A DNA stretch of 40,312 bases from a virus (Duplodnaviria; Caudoviricetes): IMG/VR virus record IMGVR_UViG_3300010376_000070, positions 1-40,312 of that record, one strand, 5' to 3'. Shown here piece after piece: positions 35,695 through 40,312 of this stretch; position 1 is the stretch's first letter; every line of letters begins with the position of its first letter. Below the pieces are notes generated by a model. That model was given only the letters and a program-made list of their open reading frames with translations. It made no database searches and was not told where the DNA came from. Both the position numbers and the translations under genes were made by a program.

Positions 35695-36353
35695 CACGGT
35701 AAGCCTATGATCTTGTGTGTTTGCAGGCTTAGCCGCCATTGCGGGTGCTCGAGGATGTAGTTGATGGCGAAGTGTGTGTTGGCCTCCCTGTTAGGTCCGT
35801 CCATTGGCTGCAGGTAGTAGTGATGAAAGCTGGTGTTGCGCAGCAGGTTTGCCGGGTTGATGCCCTGCTGTGGGTAGACAAGTTTGAGTTCGTCGCCCTT
35901 GGTGATTGCTAGTTCGGTGCCTGCTTTTGGTGACATGCATAGCCAGTCGATGCCCGGTGGCCGTGGTCTGGTGCCGTTGGTTTCCACCGCTATGTAATAC
36001 CCGCGCTCGTGCATGGCGGTGGTCAGCTGCTGGTCTAGCTGTAGTAGTGGTTCGCCCCCGGTAAACACCACCATCGACTGCCGCCGTTTACCGTGCCGTG
36101 TGCCTGGTGGCGGCAGCATGTCTGGTGCGCTGCTTGACCATTGGTGGCTGATGGCGGTTGCCAGGCTGTCTAGTGTGTATGCGGTGGCGTCAACAAAGTC
36201 GGTGTCGCAGAACTGGCACACCGCGCGGTGACGGTCCTTCTCAAGGCCTGTCCATAGGTTGCAGCGCGAGAACCTGCAAAACACCGCTGCCCGCCCCGTC
36301 CAATACCCTTCGCCCTGCAATGTCATAAAGATTTCATGCACTTGGTAGGTCAT
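35694..36353 (-). CDS. queE: 7-carboxy-7-deazaguanine synthase (radical SAM, CX14CX2C type)
   Basis: EIFMTLQGEG, CNLW..CQFCDTDF, TGGEPLLQ, ETNGT, SPK and LSLQTHK motifs; start ATG 36353. Confidence 0.95.
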   Translation of the reverse strand: MTYQVHEIFMTLQGEGYWTGRAAVFCRFSRCNLWTGLEKDRHRAVCQFCDTDFVDATAYTLDSLATAISHQWSSSAPDMLPPPGTRHGKRRQSMVVFTGGEPLLQLDQQLTTAMHERGYYIAVETNGTRPRPPGIDWLCMSPKAGTELAITKGDELKLVYPQQGINPANLLRNTSFHHYYLQPMDGPNREANTHFAINYILEHPQWRLSLQTHKIIGLP

Positions 36354-36961
36354 GCCATTGCCTCCTGGCGTGCTTGGCAGGCCCCGCAGCGCCCGCAGTG
36401 GTGTTCGCCGCCCCGGTAGCAGCTCCATGTCAAGTGCAGCGGCGCGTCAAGGTCACGCCCTAGGTTGACGATGGCGCGTTTGGTCATATGCACCAGCGGG
36501 GCGTAGACAAAGACACCACCAGCTGTGCCCATGTAGGTGGCAGCGGTGATGGCGTCGAAGAACTGTATGCGGCAGTCCGGGTAGCCTGCTGCGTCCTCAG
36601 CGTTGGCCCCGCTAAATACCGCGTGGCTTCCGTTGCATTCAGCAAACGCGGTGGCTGCTGCTATCAGCAGCAGGTTGCGGGCTGGCACGTAGGTGCTGTC
36701 TATTGCGGTGGCGTGTGTTTCGGGTATGTCTTCCCCGTCAAGCAGGCTGCTACAGCTTGGTGTCCATACGTCAGGCAGGTTGTAGTGATGCCAAGGCGTG
36801 TGGTAGTGGGCTGCTACTTGTTCGGCTGCCTTGATTTCGCGGTGGTGGTGTTGACCGTAGTCAAACGTTAAGGCGGTGCAGTCGTGTCCTTTGGCTAGCA
36901 GGTCTGCTAGTAGCACGGTGCTATCTATGCCTCCTGATAGTAGGACGGTTGCTTTGATCAT
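36350..36961 (-). CDS. queC: 7-cyano-7-deazaguanine synthase, canonical copy
   Basis: SGGIDS PP-loop, YGQ, TYVPARN, DAAGYPDCR, TWSCY..CGRCGAC..R. Confidence 0.93.
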   Translation of the reverse strand: MIKATVLLSGGIDSTVLLADLLAKGHDCTALTFDYGQHHHREIKAAEQVAAHYHTPWHHYNLPDVWTPSCSSLLDGEDIPETHATAIDSTYVPARNLLLIAAATAFAECNGSHAVFSGANAEDAAGYPDCRIQFFDAITAATYMGTAGGVFVYAPLVHMTKRAIVNLGRDLDAPLHLTWSCYRGGEHHCGRCGACQARQEAMA

Positions 36962-37629
36962 TGGTAGGGCTCCCAGGTGCGCGGGTCTAGTGGTGTGAAC
37001 TCTTGTTGGTTGGTTAGGTCAAACAAGGCGGGGCGTTGGTGTAAGTCGTCAAGCCAGCCCAGTAGTTCTGGTAGGCGTTTGTCTGGTCCGTGTTTAAGGA
37101 AGGTGCCGTCTGCGCTGTGGCATCCGATTGCTTCCGCGTAGCGCCACCGCTTCAGGCTGTTGACCCGTCCACAGTGGACCCACTTACCTCTGGCGCGTGC
37201 TTGCGTGGTGATGGCGCGTGCTTCAAGGCCCAGTTTAAAGGTGTTGGTGCCGCCGAGAAATAAGGTGGTAAAGCTGTCCCAGGGTAATGGTGTGTCGGTG
37301 ACCCCGTCCTGTGCTACGTAGGCTGGCGGGTAGCCTAGGGCGCGTATGCGTGGCAGCCATTCCGTTGACTGGCGCAGCGTTGCGTGTGCGTCACCTACTA
37401 CGTCCGGTGCGGTGGCAAACGCGCACCGGGTGGTGTCTTTGCTGTTGCGTTGCAGCCAGTTCCACCATTGTTCGGCGTCCCAGTTGTCCGTGTAGCAGCC
37501 GTTGTCTGCGCACCAGATGACCCCTGGCGGGCGGATGTTGGCTTGGCGTGGTGTGTCGATATATCCAAGGGTGTGGTTAAGCATGTGAGGCATACCGGCG
37601 CAGGTCGGGGTGGCAAAGTACAGCATCAC
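36958..37629 (-). CDS. dpdA: DpdA/TGT-like deazaguanine DNA transglycosylase, paralogue A
   Basis: DNGCY, APDVVGD, VAQDG, FLGG, HCGRVNS and SADGT line up with TGT-fold catalytic positions; inside the que cluster. Confidence 0.75.
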   Translation of the reverse strand: MMLYFATPTCAGMPHMLNHTLGYIDTPRQANIRPPGVIWCADNGCYTDNWDAEQWWNWLQRNSKDTTRCAFATAPDVVGDAHATLRQSTEWLPRIRALGYPPAYVAQDGVTDTPLPWDSFTTLFLGGTNTFKLGLEARAITTQARARGKWVHCGRVNSLKRWRYAEAIGCHSADGTFLKHGPDKRLPELLGWLDDLHQRPALFDLTNQQEFTPLDPRTWEPYQ

Positions 37630-38132
37630 CGGCCTGCCCCTGGTCTGGCTAGGTGCGGTGGCGTGTGCTGGTAGCTGCGCTCATCAGTGTGTGTCCACAC
37701 CGCGCCCACTGGTGCTATCTCATACCCGCAGCCCCTGCAGATGTATGGCGGTGCGTTAAACAGGGTCAGGGTGGCTGCTGCTGCGTCAACGGGGTGGTTG
37801 GTGATGGCGTGGCTGTGGTAGTGCAGCCAGCCGCTGACCTGGGCGTGTGCTGGCGCGTAGATGATGACCGCCTTGCCCCGTTCCCACGCGTAGAGGACTT
37901 CCATGCTGGTGCCTACTGATGGCTTGGGCACATAGGCAATCAAGATATCGCTTTGGTCTATGTCTGCCTTGTCTTGTTCGATCAGGTCCCGTGTTGCTGC
38001 GGTGCCGTGCCTGGTGGGGTCTAACACGGTGTTGCCTGCGCGTGCCAGGCGTTCGCACATATCGTTGCGCCAGCCGTGTATTTCGGTGTAGCTGCACATG
38101 TGTATGGGGCCTGCTAGGTAGATGGTGGTCAT
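37626..38132 (-). CDS. Nucleoside 2-deoxyribosyltransferase / nucleotide N-glycosidase family protein with a C-terminal Zn ribbon
   Basis: IYLAGP, D..DIDQSDILIA and SVGTSME (catalytic Glu position), then CRGCG..WTH. Confidence 0.85.
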   Translation of the reverse strand: MTTIYLAGPIHMCSYTEIHGWRNDMCERLARAGNTVLDPTRHGTAATRDLIEQDKADIDQSDILIAYVPKPSVGTSMEVLYAWERGKAVIIYAPAHAQVSGWLHYHSHAITNHPVDAAAATLTLFNAPPYICRGCGYEIAPVGAVWTHTDERSYQHTPPHLARPGAGR

Positions 38133-38308
38133 GTGTACCTGCTGTCTGGTGTTGCGGTGGTGTGGGGGCTGACTGTGCTGCAGGCGCGGCGGTTAAGGCT
38201 GCGGTGATACCAGTTCCCGTCGTCGCGCCGCTCTATCATCAGCGAGCAGTGTTTGCATGGGGGCCAGGGGCCATCAGTCAGGTATGTCAGTGCATTGTTG
38301 ATGGTCAT
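38129..38308 (-). CDS. 59-aa Zn-ribbon protein (absent from the ORF track)
   Basis: My translation MTINNALTYLTDGPWPPCKHCSLMIERRDDGNWYHRSLNRRAC..; ATGA overlaps at both ends. Confidence 0.65.
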   Translation of the reverse strand: MTINNALTYLTDGPWPPCKHCSLMIERRDDGNWYHRSLNRRACSTVSPHTTATPDSRYT

Positions 38309-38934
38309 GCCGCATCGAACCCTTGCTGGCGTTGGTCACATGCACCGCAGACACCGCACGGTTCACTGTTGCCGGTGTAGCACGTCCAGGTCAGGTGCAG
38401 CGGTACGTTAAGCTGCTGCCCCAGGCTGATTACGTCTGCTTTGGTCCACTCCTGGAACGGTGCGTGCAGGCGCAAACCTATTGTGTCCCTGCTGACATGG
38501 TCCAAGGCTTCATCAACTGCCTCGATAAACCCTTGGCGGCAGTCCGCATACCCCGCCCGCCCGCCTATGATGGCCCCGAACGCTATCTGGTGCGCCTGCA
38601 CCGTCATGCCGTAGGCAGCTGCGAGGGCGATAAAGACAAGGTTGCGCCCCGGTACATTGGTGGCGTCTGGTGCCTGCGCGTGGCCTATCGGCATAGGTAT
38701 ATCGGCGTATTCCATCAGCGCGTTGTCAGCAAAATAGACAGCTTCGCTGATGTTGGTGTGTAGCAGTGTGATTGCGTAGTGTTCGGCGATCCTGTACGCA
38801 GCTTTGCGTTCTTGGTTGGCTGCTGCCTGACCGTAGTCAAAGCTGATGCCCAAGCACTCGTCCCCCTCCGCTAGCAGTTTGGCTAGCAACACGGTGCTGT
38901 CTATACCCCCTGACAGCAGTATCACGGTTCGCAC
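38305..38934 (-). CDS. queC: QueC paralogue, divergent copy
   Basis: GTG 38934 with RBS AGGAGG; SGGIDS, TNVPGRN, GRAGYADCR, TWTCY..CGVCGAC..R. Confidence 0.88.
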   Translation of the reverse strand: MRTVILLSGGIDSTVLLAKLLAEGDECLGISFDYGQAAANQERKAAYRIAEHYAITLLHTNISEAVYFADNALMEYADIPMPIGHAQAPDATNVPGRNLVFIALAAAYGMTVQAHQIAFGAIIGGRAGYADCRQGFIEAVDEALDHVSRDTIGLRLHAPFQEWTKADVISLGQQLNVPLHLTWTCYTGNSEPCGVCGACDQRQQGFDAA

Positions 38935-39602
38935 GGTGCCTCCTGGTTGTTGTTGTGTAGGTTGAACATTGGTGGTTCGTGTTGCATGCGTTTGACCCAA
39001 CCGTCGAGCTTGCGGCTGTTGTTCTCAGGTGCAAACGCGCTTAAGGTGCCGTCTGCTGATTGTGCGCCCATGGCTTCGACGTTGCGCATGCGTGACAGGC
39101 TGTTGACCCGCCCGTAGTGGACCCACTTGCCGCGCGCGCGGGCTTCGTTGACTGCTGCTGCTGCCACGGTGCCGAACTTAAAGTTGGCGCTGCCATGACC
39201 GCCCCTGTCACCGCCGCCGATAAACAGTACATCGAAGCTGTCCCAAGGTACTTCGATGTTGTCAAAGCCGTATTGGAAGACAAACGCCACCGGGTAGCCA
39301 AGGTCACGGATGCGTGGTAACCACGGCCGGCTCCGGTCTAGTGTGGCTTGGGCGTCGCCTACCACGTCTGGTGCTGATGCAAAGATGCACAGTTCGACTC
39401 CGCGCGTTGACATCTTGACTAGGTGTTTCCACCACACGTCTTCGTCCCAGCGTTCTGGTGCAAAGCATCCGTTGTCTACGCACCAGATGCTGCCGTGTGG
39501 TTTGTGCCCGCCGGTAAACGCGGTGACTATGCAGCCAACACCGTGGCGGTGCTGCATGGCTTCCCGGTTCTCTTTGACTGGCTTGGTGAAGTAGAGGATC
39601 AT
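38922..39602 (-). CDS. dpdA: DpdA/TGT-like protein, paralogue B
   Basis: DNGCF, APDVVGD, VFQYG, FIGG, HYGRVNS, SADGT. Confidence 0.72.
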   Translation of the reverse strand: MILYFTKPVKENREAMQHRHGVGCIVTAFTGGHKPHGSIWCVDNGCFAPERWDEDVWWKHLVKMSTRGVELCIFASAPDVVGDAQATLDRSRPWLPRIRDLGYPVAFVFQYGFDNIEVPWDSFDVLFIGGGDRGGHGSANFKFGTVAAAAVNEARARGKWVHYGRVNSLSRMRNVEAMGAQSADGTLSAFAPENNSRKLDGWVKRMQHEPPMFNLHNNNQEAPCEP

Positions 39603-40312
39603 GCTGGCTCTTCGCGGTCTGGGCTGTGCGGCCCGGTCAGGTCAAACAATGCTTCCTGGCTTCGCATGTGGTGATACCACCCGATGACTTGCGGGAAGGT
39701 CTGCGAAGGCCTGAACCCCAGTTGCGTACCGTCAGCGGTGTGACAGCCGATGGCTTCCGCGTACCGCATGCGGCGCAGGCTGTTGACCCGCCCCATGTGG
39801 ATCAGCTTGTGACGGGCGCGGCCTGCGTGTACCAGCGCGCGGCCTGGTGCCCCCAGCTTAAATGCGTCGCTGCCGCCAAGGAACAAGGCGTCAAAGTGGT
39901 TCCACGGCAACGTGTCTACGGTAGCCCCGTCCTGCGCCACGTAGGCAGCCGGGTAACCAAGGTCACGGATATAGGCCAGCCACGGTAGCGAACGTGCCAG
40001 TGTGGCAGCTGCGTCATGTACCACGTCTGGGGCTACCGCAAACGCGCATCTAGCCGGGTCTAGGTCTCTAAGGCAGGCAACCCATTTGGCTTCATCCCAT
40101 TGCTGCTGCGGTCTGCTGGTCGGGCGTCCACCGTGGCGTTGGTCTTGCGGGCGTGGGCGGTGGGCGGTCTTGTCTGACGCTGCATAACACCCGTTGTCAA
40201 GGCACCACGTCACACCGTCAGGCGGTTTGGCGTTCTTTGGGGTGGCTATAAATCCCAGGTAGCCTGCGCGCATGGCAACGTTGGCTATCCGGCTGCGCGT
40301 GCTGGTGAAGTA
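39599..40312 (-). CDS. dpdA: DpdA/TGT-like protein, paralogue C (start just beyond the window)
   Basis: DNGCY, APDVVHD, VAQDG, FLGG, HMGRVNS, TADGT. The frame stays open to base 40312 and reads YFTSTRSRIANVAM, matching the LYF N-termini of A and B. Confidence 0.72.
   Translation of the reverse strand, partial: YFTSTRSRIANVAMRAGYLGFIATPKNAKPPDGVTWCLDNGCYAASDKTAHRPRPQDQRHGGRPTSRPQQQWDEAKWVACLRDLDPARCAFAVAPDVVHDAAATLARSLPWLAYIRDLGYPAAYVAQDGATVDTLPWNHFDALFLGGSDAFKLGAPGRALVHAGRARHKLIHMGRVNSLRRMRYAEAIGCHTADGTQLGFRPSQTFPQVIGWYHHMRSQEALFDLTGPHSPDREEPA

Noticed and set aside
35150-40312. preQ1 riboswitch, or a host tRNA queuosine operon
   Set aside because: There is no intergenic space for a riboswitch and no queF/queA/queG. 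The TGT-like proteins are ~225-240 aa and lack the Zn-binding CxCxxC region of tRNA TGT, which fits DNA-directed DpdA better.
36958-40312. Three dpdA-like copies as an assembly duplication
   Set aside because: The copies are clearly divergent in protein sequence, have distinct indels and are each coupled to different neighbours.

Overview
The window is a ~40 kb slice of an actinobacterial (mycobacteriophage-like) siphovirus or prophage, with essentially all genes on the minus strand. Reading in the direction of transcription (right to left), it holds: (1) an expanded 7-deazaguanine DNA-modification cluster with three DpdA/TGT-like paralogues, two QueC paralogues, a nucleoside 2-deoxyribosyltransferase-like gene, QueE and QueD; (2) recombination, replication and regulation genes (Gp3-like/RDF-like protein, an initiator with internal iterons, a resolvase and WhiB); (3) a chain of translationally coupled micro-ORFs, an HNH gene and a probable cos region; (4) HK97-type head genes; (5) tail genes, including a tape measure with a C39-like peptidase domain; and (6) lysin A, cut off by the left edge. 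No integrase, repressor, folE, holin, tRNA or CRISPR array is visible. The most notable system is the multi-paralogue deazaguanine cluster at 35.1-40.3 kb, together with an apparent GA/TC dinucleotide depletion. A three-hairpin leader with a conserved loop sits just upstream of the major capsid gene. All calls come from reading motifs by eye; no database searches were run.
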